This document shows, piece by piece, positions 35,553 to 43,312 of a stretch of DNA of 64,000 nucleotides (within the stretch, counting starts at the first letter, position 1; every line of letters starts with the position of its first letter). This DNA is from Escherichia phage AV108. Location of the stretch: sequence record OR352938.1. One strand, written 5' to 3'. Under the pieces are notes generated by a model. The model saw only the letters and a list, made by a program, of their open reading frames with translations, was not told where the DNA came from and did not search any database. The position numbers were made by a program, and so were the translations under genes.

Positions 35553-35630
35553 AATTTGATTCTCCGTTTAAGAAAGTGTGTTTCGTTTCGATGTGTGTAT
35601 TATGCTATAGGCCGGATCTGGTGTCAACAA
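35553..35630 (-). promoter_or_regulatory. PeSL-like early promoter-leader cassette
   Basis: Minus strand GTTGACA, one GATC in spacer, tatagcataatacacac -10 region, leader cgaaacgaaacacac...cggagaatcaaattATG. Confidence 0.6.
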
Positions 35631-35657
35631 CTTTTTTTTAAAAAATTTTAGGCAATA

Positions 35658-35685
35658 AAAAAGCCACTCCGAAGAGTGGCTTATA
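35658..35685 (-). terminator. rho-independent terminator
   Basis: Minus strand gccactcttcggagtggc hairpin followed by ttttttatt. Confidence 0.6.
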
Positions 35686-35832
35686 GGGAAGGTAGCGAAT
35701 CTTCCTTGTCTCCAACCTGCTAGCGGCCTAGCAAGTTAATGCTTTAGCGTACCGGATCGCCCACATACGCTGTAATAAATGCGGCTAGGTGACGTCCAAA
35801 TCATTCTAACCGCGCTGTCTTTAGTTCACTAT
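35686..35832 (-). ncRNA. candidate small non-coding RNA (between a TATAAATA motif and a terminator; no ORF)
   Basis: ~150 nt minus-strand interval with internal hairpins (TGCTAG-gccg-CTAGCA; GGAAG..CTTCC) and no plausible ORF with an RBS; bounded by late-promoter-like TATAAATA (35833-35840) and the terminator at 35658-35685. Confidence 0.3.
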
Positions 35833-36050
35833 TATTTATATCGCTTTCTCTCGCGACGTTTTTGATCTTCTTCCTTGATAGAGTTAAATGCATCAAAAAG
35901 ACACATGACACTAATAATAAACATAACCGTATTTTCTACGATATCCCACGGCTTCGCATCAGTACAGATCCCCCAAACGGTAAGAAATGCAAATAAGGCA
36001 GAAGAGATCACAAGCAGGATACTTGCTAAGATATAAAAAGTCATTTTCAT
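35832..36050 (-). CDS. small membrane protein (72 aa)
   Basis: Two hydrophobic helices; basic C-terminal tail QKRRERKRYK. Confidence 0.45.
   Translation of the reverse strand: MKMTFYILASILLVISSALFAFLTVWGICTDAKPWDIVENTVMFIISVMCLFDAFNSIKEEDQKRRERKRYK
35833..35840 (-). promoter_or_regulatory. T4-type late promoter motif TATAAATA
   Basis: Plus-strand tatttata, i.e. TATAAATA on minus, overlapping the stop of 35832..36050 and facing the ORF-free gap. Confidence 0.35.
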
Positions 36051-36241
36051 GGTTTTACCTCAATTCTTCGATATTCATCACACATCCACGCAGTAAGCAA
36101 GAATCCCAACACATAAGCAACAAAATACGTTAATGCTTCTTCTGGTTCGGTGCTATGCGCCATCATCAGACCAGCGAGAAAGGTCTTAACAATTACATTT
36201 AAAATAATTAGCCACGCAAATAATTTCATCGTTTGCCCCAT
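36047..36241 (-). CDS. small membrane protein (64 aa)
   Basis: Two hydrophobic helices; stop/start overlap with neighbours. Confidence 0.45.
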   Translation of the reverse strand: MGQTMKLFAWLIILNVIVKTFLAGLMMAHSTEPEEALTYFVAYVLGFLLTAWMCDEYRRIEVKP

Positions 36242-36465
36242 TTCGGTCGAGTCTTTTCAAACTTATACATTCCGTAACAATCTCGAATCATCCACGTAAC
36301 AAGAGCACCAGTCAACACAGACAATACACAGAAGAAGTAAAACGGTCCGGTTGCATTATCAACATGAGCAAGCCAGGTAAAGAAAACACATGCAAGGAAT
36401 GTAAAGAACATCATAAAGCACAAGAAAGCGAAATATTTTATACTACTCATAGCGCCACCATACAA
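36226..36465 (-). CDS. small membrane protein (79 aa)
   Basis: Two hydrophobic helices; basic C-terminus. Confidence 0.45.
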   Translation of the reverse strand: MYGGAMSSIKYFAFLCFMMFFTFLACVFFTWLAHVDNATGPFYFFCVLSVLTGALVTWMIRDCYGMYKFEKTRPKWGKR

Positions 36466-36739
36466 CAGATCATAAGAAACCCCAACGCAATAAGAATTGC
36501 GTCAAATTTAGTGAACTCCGGTCCACCTATCAACATCATTCGTTCCTGTTCATTCATAGATCACAGAGCCATCTGAAAGCACCACATAAAGCGAGCAGAA
36601 TACTAGGTATAAACGAGACTAAAACAAGTTGGCAAAAATCATCTAAGGTAACACCGGAATAGCTACCTACTGTAACAACACCGATCATCAGACACAGAAA
36701 GAAAACAAATGCAATCAGAAACAAAGTATTGCTAAACAG

Positions 36740-36943
36740 TTAGTGATCATTAGACACCCCACGACGATCAATTTCAAAAACTTTTTTATCATCAACGAAG
36801 CATGTCACAACTGCCTCGTTGACTTCCGCAAATTGTTGTGTTACCCACTTAAGGTCAGAGCGAAACAATGTTCTATTAATAACAAATGTTTTACCGCTCT
36901 TATCCTTACCCATAAATTTTGCTTTAACCATATCCAATTCCAT
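36740..36943 (-). CDS. hypothetical early protein (67 aa)
   Basis: ORF track. Confidence 0.4.
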   Translation of the reverse strand: MELDMVKAKFMGKDKSGKTFVINRTLFRSDLKWVTQQFAEVNEAVVTCFVDDKKVFEIDRRGVSNDH

Positions 36944-36952
36944 ATTATCACC

Positions 36953-37111
36953 TTATTTGCTAATCGCTAAACCCAATCCGAAGAGAGCACCCGATGCTAC
37001 AGTATACCCGAAAGTTTCAAAGGCAGTAAAGATATCTAAGCCACCAGCTAACAGAGTTGCAGTAAACAGAGTACCAGCTACGAACATAAAAGTTTTACCG
37101 ATAAATTTCAT
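36953..37111 (-). CDS. small hydrophobic peptide (~52 aa; coordinates approximate)
   Basis: Hand translation MKFIGKTFMFVAGTLFTATLLAGGLDIFTAFETFGYTVASGALFGLGLAISK; ATG directly follows the aggagaatcaaa leader. Confidence 0.4.
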   Translation of the reverse strand: MKFIGKTFMFVAGTLFTATLLAGGLDIFTAFETFGYTVASGALFGLGLAISK

Positions 37112-37173
37112 TTTGATTCTCCTTTCGTTTGTTTGTGGGGGTATCTTACTACCCCCGTTTCATGTTGTCAACT
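37112..37173 (-). promoter_or_regulatory. PeSL-like early promoter-leader cassette
   Basis: Minus strand GTTGACA, hairpin gggggtagtaagataccccc containing TAAGAT -10, leader ...cgaaaggagaatcaaaATG. Confidence 0.55.
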
Positions 37174-37177
37174 GTTT

Positions 37178-37552
37178 TTAAGAAAATTTTACTTCGTCTA
37201 CAATGTCTTTCATGACATTGATTTCCATTCCGGTCAGAACACGTTGGAACATGTGCTGCACATACGCTTTCAGGTATTCATTTGATGGCTTACTATCGAA
37301 AGTCTTTTTAGTGTAGTAGTCATCACCGAAAGCTACTGTAATTACATTTTCGTCGTCGTTCCAAGCGATATAAGCAAATTTGCCGTTATCCCAGAAGCGA
37401 GCACTAATTGCTACTTTTGTTGAATCGAATCCTACTTCGCTGTGAGATTCAAGAACTACTTGCGTGCCAGTTTCTTTATGAATGTAGTAGCGGGATACTA
37501 AGTCAAAGTTACGGGTGTAGTGACATTCGAATTTATCTTTAAACATCATCAT
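37178..37552 (-). CDS. hypothetical early protein (~125 aa)
   Basis: ORF track 37178..37621; ATG triplet (MMM) at 37552 directly follows aggagaatcaaa leader. Confidence 0.5.
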   Translation of the reverse strand: MMMFKDKFECHYTRNFDLVSRYYIHKETGTQVVLESHSEVGFDSTKVAISARFWDNGKFAYIAWNDDENVITVAFGDDYYTKKTFDSKPSNEYLKAYVQHMFQRVLTGMEINVMKDIVDEVKFS

Positions 37553-37610
37553 TTTGATTCTCCTAAGTGTGTTTCGTTTCGATATGTGCATTATGCTATA
37601 GTCGTTTATG
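37553..37610 (-). promoter_or_regulatory. PeSL-like early promoter-leader cassette
   Basis: Minus strand GTTGACA - 17 bp - CATAAT, leader cgaaacgaaacacacttaggagaatcaaaATG. Confidence 0.6.
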
Positions 37611-37624
37611 GTTGTCAACACCTA

Positions 37625-37655
37625 AAAACAAAAAACCCCGAAAATTTTTCGGGGT
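37625..37655 (-). terminator. rho-independent terminator after 57B
   Basis: Minus strand ccccgaaaaattttcgggg hairpin followed by ttttttg. Confidence 0.6.
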
Positions 37656-37661
37656 ATAAAA

Positions 37662-38132
37662 TTACAGTTTGGTCGTCCACTCCAGGTCTAGATCTTCGAC
37701 ATACTCATGAGATCGGACAATCTCTAAATCGAACTCTAGGTCAGTGCCAAATTTACGCGCACCAACATCATAAGAAAGCGTGATATGCGGTACATATTCA
37801 GGATAATCCCACGTCGCACCTAAAGCAGTGCCGATATCGTGTCTGAATTGCATGTAGTCGCTTTCAAATGCCAACACAAGTGCATTAGTACCGGATTGAG
37901 TTTCAAACACTTTCAGATGACACAGAGAGCCTAAGAACTTCTCCCCTTCTTCTGGGATAAACGGAACATAGACACGAGAATATAAGATAGTGCTATGCAG
38001 TTTATCACGAGGAACGGCATTAGGCAGATCGTAGAACTCCTGCAATTTTTCAATGCGGTCTAGTGTATCCTCAGTGAATTTAACCGCCGCATATGTACCT
38101 TTAACGGATTCTCTAAACGGGGTCATAATCAA
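37662..38132 (-). CDS. 57B: 2H-phosphoesterase (LigT-like), T4 gp57B/Acb1-type
   Basis: 156 aa with two H-x-T/S motifs (HSTIL, HITLS) typical of the 2H fold; sits upstream of 57A and gene 1 as T4 57B does. Confidence 0.7.
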   Translation of the reverse strand: MIMTPFRESVKGTYAAVKFTEDTLDRIEKLQEFYDLPNAVPRDKLHSTILYSRVYVPFIPEEGEKFLGSLCHLKVFETQSGTNALVLAFESDYMQFRHDIGTALGATWDYPEYVPHITLSYDVGARKFGTDLEFDLEIVRSHEYVEDLDLEWTTKL

Positions 38133-38395
38133 GCCTCCGTGATCAGTTCTACTTCCTCTTCTGCGTCTTCCGCTGCTTCGTCTTTAGGGAGAAGTGCTTT
38201 CACTTCTTCGACAATAGCATCAAGGGAAACAGTCCCGTTTTCGTCTGGCTGAATACCCAGAATGCGTACCAGTTCCATCAATACACGCTCACGATCTTTC
38301 AGTTGGCCTTCTAAGAATGCGGCCTTTTCTTGAGTGTCAAACAGACGTACTTTCAGGACATTAATCATTTGTTCATGCTGATTGGACATATTCAC
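38129..38395 (-). CDS. 57A: tail-fibre assembly chaperone gp57A-like
   Basis: 88 aa coiled-coil protein with acidic C-terminus (DEAAEDAEEEVELITEA), adjacent to gene 1; resembles T4 gp57A. Confidence 0.6.
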   Translation of the reverse strand: MNMSNQHEQMINVLKVRLFDTQEKAAFLEGQLKDRERVLMELVRILGIQPDENGTVSLDAIVEEVKALLPKDEAAEDAEEEVELITEA

Positions 38396-38421
38396 ATCTC
38401 CTATTTGTTGATAACTTTTTA

Positions 38422-39078
38422 TTAAATGTTCGCGAGAATCGCGCTTTCAAATTCTTCTAATGTACCATTATTTATGATAATGGTTTCACCGTCAATAGGC
38501 AAAATTCCTTTTTCGGTGGAGTGAGTCGATACAATACCAGTATCACGCTGAATATGCAACACCTTAGCACCCATAGCACGCATGAGAGCAATTTCAATAG
38601 GCTGACGCACATCAACCACTACAAAATAACCTTCTTCATTTTTGCGCTTCATAAACTCATTCACGAAGAGATTACACCAATAAAGCGGATTGATCAAGTT
38701 AACCATTATATCAGTACCGAGAGTGGTTAACATGAGACGAATAGACCAGACGTTATTATGTTTTTCGCCGATCTCATTAACGACCTTGTAAATCTCAGCC
38801 AGACAATCACAAGTAAAGGAACTACCGCCATACTTCGAATCTAGCATAAGCAGACACTGAATAAACCACTTATGCGCGGTATAGGTATCAATACCTAGAT
38901 CGGCTTCTCTGTCACGCCCTAACCCGTCAAAGTCAAGATAAGTCAGACCTAAGTCTGGTTGGCATTCGCACAATATTTCTTTGATCGGTGCTGCCAGTTG
39001 ATAACTATGTCCATCAATGATTAACGCGGCAGTGTCTTTTCCTACTCGCTTTTTACCACAAAGTGCAATCAATTTCAT
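38422..39078 (-). CDS. 1: deoxynucleoside monophosphate kinase (gp1)
   Basis: 218 aa; N-terminal P-loop LCGKKRVGKDT; position between 57A and gene 3 as in T4. Confidence 0.8.
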   Translation of the reverse strand: MKLIALCGKKRVGKDTAALIIDGHSYQLAAPIKEILCECQPDLGLTYLDFDGLGRDREADLGIDTYTAHKWFIQCLLMLDSKYGGSSFTCDCLAEIYKVVNEIGEKHNNVWSIRLMLTTLGTDIMVNLINPLYWCNLFVNEFMKRKNEEGYFVVVDVRQPIEIALMRAMGAKVLHIQRDTGIVSTHSTEKGILPIDGETIIINNGTLEEFESAILANI

Positions 39079-39093
39079 TATATAAGCCTCTTA

Positions 39094-39684
39094 TTACTTT
39101 CTAAAAGCAGGGTGCATAGCTTTAATACCTTCCACCCTCTGACGATCCGCCGCCTGAATTGCTGGGCGAGGAACGATCAGTTGACCATCACGTTCAATGC
39201 TCATTGTTTTAAAGGGAAGAATTGCAGTACACACCAGAGATTCATGCATATCATCGGTGTATGTTAACTCAAGTTCCCCCAATTGTGAACACCAACAACC
39301 ATAAAAGTTAAAAGTGCACACAATGTTACGTCGTTCGTTGTCCATCATGTGAACTTGAACGGCTTCCGGCATTGAATCCTTCCACGCTGTGGAGTTACCG
39401 TTATTGTAGTCTACTATAGAAAGCATCCATGTGTAAAGGTTTAGATAGCTTTCCAAATGCTCATCAACGATAAACCGGACTACCAACGGGTCAAACTCCA
39501 CATGACTAGACGGATAATCAGCGACCGCCAAACCATATTGACCAGCAACTTGCTTAGTCGGTGGAATGGTTATAGCCGGAAGTGTAACACCTTGACAGTT
39601 TAAAGTAAAGCCTTTTGTTAGTTGACCATCTGGAATGGCAATCTGCCAGTTGCTAGGGTTAGCATAGTTAAAGAGATTGGACAT
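39094..39684 (-). CDS. 3: tail completion / sheath stabiliser protein gp3-like
   Basis: 196 aa ORF in the position of T4 gene 3 (between gene 1 and gene 2); assignment by synteny and size only. Confidence 0.55.
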   Translation of the reverse strand: MSNLFNYANPSNWQIAIPDGQLTKGFTLNCQGVTLPAITIPPTKQVAGQYGLAVADYPSSHVEFDPLVVRFIVDEHLESYLNLYTWMLSIVDYNNGNSTAWKDSMPEAVQVHMMDNERRNIVCTFNFYGCWCSQLGELELTYTDDMHESLVCTAILPFKTMSIERDGQLIVPRPAIQAADRQRVEGIKAMHPAFRK

Positions 39685-39714
39685 TACGATTCCTTAAATG
39701 AAAATATTTATCAA

Positions 39715-40248
39715 CTAAAAATTTAAACTAGCATAATCTCCAAAATGTTCCTTTGCTGCTTCGTCATAAGCCTTTGCAGCATCAACTTCGTCAAGAAAGA
39801 CGCCCAAATGGACCTTTCTACGATTGATTGATATCTGAGCACACCATTTGTTATTCTGTGTTCTAATCACTCCTTTATACTTACTCTTACAACCATCAAG
39901 TTTTCCGCGATTGAACGCATTTTCCTGAGAAGTGGATTCTCTCAAGTTATCCGGTGCATTATTTTCTCGGTTTCTATCTACATGGTCGATCATTTTAACT
40001 TGCGTACCATGTTCAAGATACCAAACAACCCTATGAACTTTAATGACCAAAGAATAGCCATCACTGCGCCAAAACTTAAAACATAGATAACCTCGACTAT
40101 TTTTATAAACTTTAACCGGGTCTCCTGCCTTATACCATCGACCATTCTTTCCACTATCTTTCAAATGATACAATATACCATTAACGTGTTTATACTTATC
40201 TCTAATTTCTTTTTGTGTAAAATCATCCCACATCTTAAAACCAGACAT
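39715..40248 (-). CDS. HNH homing endonuclease with C-terminal AP2 DNA-binding domain
   Basis: MIDHVDRNRENNAPDNLRESTSQENAFN (HNH) and YKGVIRTQNNKWCAQISINRRKVHLGVFLDEVDAAKAYDEAAKEHFG (AP2-like); inserted between gene 3 and gene 2. Confidence 0.75.
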   Translation of the reverse strand: MSGFKMWDDFTQKEIRDKYKHVNGILYHLKDSGKNGRWYKAGDPVKVYKNSRGYLCFKFWRSDGYSLVIKVHRVVWYLEHGTQVKMIDHVDRNRENNAPDNLRESTSQENAFNRGKLDGCKSKYKGVIRTQNNKWCAQISINRRKVHLGVFLDEVDAAKAYDEAAKEHFGDYASLNF

Positions 40249-40465
40249 ACATTTTCTCCTGATATTATTAATAACAACATCAATCTAACACATCCAGTAT
40301 ATAATGTCAATTGTCGCTTTGCGACGTGCCGTAGGCACTGACTACTTTTTAACCGAAACAAATTTTTATTATTCTAAAGATCTTTCTTCGTTTTGGTTAT
40401 GTTTTAACCAATAACTATATTTTTATACAGTAATAAATAAAACTGGTACTATACGAGGACTTCTT

Positions 40466-40720
40466 ATGACAGAAGACATTTTGTTAAAACTCTATGATCG
40501 TTTGGATAACGAATTAGCAACATTGCGGGGTGAAGTTCTCTATTTGTCTAAATGCAATACAGATCTGCTTAAGCAGATTGCAGAAAGGGATGATCAAATA
40601 AAATCCCTTTCAGGTGCATTACGTGATCGCGACAAGGCATTAGAGATTTTACAGCGTGTTACCAATAAGGAAGAATTAAAAGACTTCTTACATGGTTATG
40701 CTCATGCTATCGATCTATAA
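40466..40720 (+). CDS. hypothetical coiled-coil protein (84 aa), lone plus-strand gene in the early region
   Basis: ORF track; GAGGA RBS; upstream late-promoter-like TAATAAATA; followed by hairpin terminator. Confidence 0.5.
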   Translation: MTEDILLKLYDRLDNELATLRGEVLYLSKCNTDLLKQIAERDDQIKSLSGALRDRDKALEILQRVTNKEELKDFLHGYAHAIDL

Positions 40721-40723
40721 TAA

Positions 40724-40752
40724 AAAAAGCCCGTCATTGACGGGCTTAATCT
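40724..40752. terminator. bidirectional hairpin terminator between convergent genes
   Basis: agcccgtcattgacgggct hairpin flanked by A/T runs on both sides. Confidence 0.55.
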
Positions 40753-41894
40753 TAACTATTGATCATATCAATGACGTTTTGTAGCTCTGATATGGATAGC
40801 GTTTCTGTATATCCATCGGGCATATCTTCTTTACTAACATAGAAACCTTTATACTTTTTCTTTATTGCACATTCCATAGAAAGAGCATCATCACCGTTAT
40901 CGTATTTTTTATAAAATGTCAACTCATGACGAAATATAGATTTTGAAGATTGGTTTTGTATTCTTTTTATTAATCTGTTGTTGGTTATACCAAATTTTAT
41001 AGCAACCGCAACATCTTCTTTGTATAAAGTTTGTACATAAATGTATGCAGGTTTATTCCTCTTAAATCCATGATTGCTACACATAGGGCAACCGCTATTT
41101 TTTGATACGTAGTCTCCTAAGTTTGGCGTAAATTCATGTCCGCTACTACAACGCATTACCAATTTTGTTTTTAGCATTCCTCTATACTCACCGCCAACAA
41201 AATCAACAAATGTATCACCTTTATCAATCGCCTTATCTGTTATTTCCTTTACTACTTGCTCAGTTGACTTCTTGTTTTTACCTGAACATAGTTTACATCT
41301 AGATCCATTAACTAAAAACGAGTGACCGGATGCAGTATATTCATGTCCATTAGGGCATTTAACTAAGATATTTCTTTCATAAAAATCTTTATAATCAGAC
41401 ACATAGCCAATGACTTCGTGGTCTTTTTGGTTATTCCTCATCTCTGTTAGCAACTCTTCGCTATTCCAGCGTTTACCCTTAACGCAGAGACAACCATGAC
41501 CTTGATAAAGATATATAAATTTCTTAGTAAAGTTTTTGTTGCAATCAGGACAATGCATTAGTAATTCTGTCATTTGACCTGTATATCCTTTAGGAATATC
41601 GATCAATGTGTATTTTCCGCATATTGTCTTTAATGCATCATCTATTCTTTCTTTGGTCCAGCGTAAGCGACCAGTGCATTCATGACATTTTACACCCAGT
41701 CTAAGAGTATCTAAACTAAATATAGTTGACGTATGTCCTTTATCACATTTTAACTTAAATCTAGTATCCTTTGCGTTGGTGTATTCTCCGACTAGACCAT
41801 ACCATTCATAACCACATGGGATATGTTCTTTTACCTTCTCTAGATATACACCGAACGGTCTAGGAACTGAATTAGGTTTTCTTTCTTTAGTCAT
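40752..41894 (-). CDS. protein with four zinc-ribbon repeats and C-terminal T5orf172/GIY-YIG-like domain (putative homing endonuclease or mobile-element protein)
   Basis: 380 aa; repeats KCDKGH..VKCHECTG, HCPDCNKNF..GCLCVKG, KCPNGHEY..RCKLCSG, RCSSGHEF..GCPMCSN; C-terminus KPAYIYVQT...AIKFGITNNRL...FRHE resembles the T5orf172 domain. Confidence 0.55.
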   Translation of the reverse strand: MTKERKPNSVPRPFGVYLEKVKEHIPCGYEWYGLVGEYTNAKDTRFKLKCDKGHTSTIFSLDTLRLGVKCHECTGRLRWTKERIDDALKTICGKYTLIDIPKGYTGQMTELLMHCPDCNKNFTKKFIYLYQGHGCLCVKGKRWNSEELLTEMRNNQKDHEVIGYVSDYKDFYERNILVKCPNGHEYTASGHSFLVNGSRCKLCSGKNKKSTEQVVKEITDKAIDKGDTFVDFVGGEYRGMLKTKLVMRCSSGHEFTPNLGDYVSKNSGCPMCSNHGFKRNKPAYIYVQTLYKEDVAVAIKFGITNNRLIKRIQNQSSKSIFRHELTFYKKYDNGDDALSMECAIKKKYKGFYVSKEDMPDGYTETLSISELQNVIDMINS

Positions 41895-41904
41895 ATTTTT
41901 ATAT

Positions 41905-41940
41905 CCTGTAAATTAAAGCGCCGTCACCAGCGGCGCTATT
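41905..41940 (-). terminator. hairpin downstream of gene 2
   Basis: agcgccg-tcaccag-cggcgct inverted repeat. Confidence 0.4.
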
Positions 41941-41950
41941 TTTATAATCA

Positions 41951-42772
41951 TTAAAACAATTTCCACACCTTACGAGCATCATATTTCTTGTCTTTGCTCA
42001 TAAACTGGTAGGTCGGAAGATACACAACCGTGCCCCAATCTTTTGGTGCGATCTCAATCAGTTTTGTTTGGATGTGTCCAGGCAAATATGCTTTGATCAT
42101 GTGGTCTGCGCCTCTCATACCTTTAACATCACTCCATTTAATTTTTAAACGAGTTTTATTACTAAGAGTAGGTGTACTCGCGTATTGTCGCAACAACGCT
42201 TCTAAGAACTGCTGGCGAGCTTTAGGTGGCGCATAGTGCAAGTTCAAACCTAGCATAATCTCGTTTCCCGCTTTAGATGTACCAAATCCTAGACAGATAA
42301 TCAAGGGGTATCGGTCAAAGAATGGCAAAGAATCCCGATATTTTGGGTTATACGCATAAGTATAGATCCGTCCCACTTGTGGTTTTACTACCTGATGACC
42401 TTTTACACCATCCTTGATGGTCTTCATAAACCACTCCTGTGATTTTTCTTTAGGACGACTCTTTGATACAGCACGCATAGACGCACGAAAATCATTAATC
42501 ATCATCATTGCGCGTTGCTGCTTATTGAGACCCTTTGCACTTTTCCCTTTTAGTTTTTCAACTTCTATTGCTGTTTTAATTTCGCTGGCATAACGAGACA
42601 TACTTTTAGTGAAAGTCGCATAAGCAATACCCTTAGAATCTGCAAATGCTTTAGCTGTCATGCCTTTGGCTTTTGCTTTCGCAAATTCTACACCCAATTC
42701 GACCCACTGTTTAGACTTTCGTTTTTGGGGAGACGGCTTTTCGTCTTCGGTGATTATTTCAAATACGCTCAT
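41951..42772 (-). CDS. 2: DNA end protector protein gp2-like
   Basis: 273 aa (T4 gp2 is 274 aa), basic protein, located between gene 3 and gene 4. Confidence 0.6.
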   Translation of the reverse strand: MSVFEIITEDEKPSPQKRKSKQWVELGVEFAKAKAKGMTAKAFADSKGIAYATFTKSMSRYASEIKTAIEVEKLKGKSAKGLNKQQRAMMMINDFRASMRAVSKSRPKEKSQEWFMKTIKDGVKGHQVVKPQVGRIYTYAYNPKYRDSLPFFDRYPLIICLGFGTSKAGNEIMLGLNLHYAPPKARQQFLEALLRQYASTPTLSNKTRLKIKWSDVKGMRGADHMIKAYLPGHIQTKLIEIAPKDWGTVVYLPTYQFMSKDKKYDARKVWKLF

Positions 42773-42783
42773 AATATTATCCT

Positions 42784-43257
42784 CTATTTGTTAAGCCCTT
42801 TAAAGCCAAACACTTTCTTTAATGCATGTTCGGTTATGATCTTAAACTCCATGTTATGCTTTTGGCATAATTTCACGGCAGCTAACCATTTTTCAGTATT
42901 TTTTGTGTATGTCCATACTTCATGCATATATCGTTGCTTTGTCTTCGCGGTCATTCTTTTTGGCTTTTCCGGTGGCCTTGTCTCTTTAGCTGGTTTAACT
43001 TCCCATAAATGCTCCTTGCCATCATCAAACTTAACGTAAAAATCCATAAAGTATCTGTGTCTTTTTCCGTCTGTTGATGACTCATAAGGAATTACTACGG
43101 TCTCAGATCCCCATTTTGCAACTCTAGGATTGCGGTCTAGCCACTGCATGATCCATCTTTCCCAGCTTGAACGGTATGTGATCTTACGTATATCCCCTTT
43201 ATACTTTTCCTTATTCTCAGGAACATACTTGCCCTTATAAGTGTTAGATCCTCCCAT
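42784..43257 (-). CDS. 4: head completion protein gp4-like
   Basis: 157 aa; YRSSWERWIMQWLDRNP... motif family recalled from T4 gp4/gp50/gp65; divergent from gene 53. Confidence 0.7.
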   Translation of the reverse strand: MGGSNTYKGKYVPENKEKYKGDIRKITYRSSWERWIMQWLDRNPRVAKWGSETVVIPYESSTDGKRHRYFMDFYVKFDDGKEHLWEVKPAKETRPPEKPKRMTAKTKQRYMHEVWTYTKNTEKWLAAVKLCQKHNMEFKIITEHALKKVFGFKGLNK

Positions 43258-43272
43258 TTTAGCACCCTTTAT

Positions 43273-43280
43273 TATAAATA
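43273..43280 (+). promoter_or_regulatory. T4-type late promoter TATAAATA upstream of gene 53
   Basis: Exact TATAAATA ~33 nt upstream of the gp53 ATG in the divergent 4/53 intergenic region. Confidence 0.6.
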
Positions 43281-43312
43281 CATAATACTATTTATCAATT
43301 GAGGGTGATAAA

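Noticed and set aside
24131-35832. tRNA genes in the ORF-free gaps (24131-24359, 35655-35832, 40250-40465)
   Set aside because: I could not fold any of these into a cloverleaf by eye (no GTTCGAATC-like T-loop with matching acceptor stem); a proper tRNAscan-SE run is still needed.
9837-37610. Possibility that the repeated ~60-90 bp units are a CRISPR array or other spacer-repeat structure
   Set aside because: The units are dispersed, variable in length, each contains promoter elements and immediately precedes an ORF start; there are no regular repeat-spacer periodicity and no cas genes.
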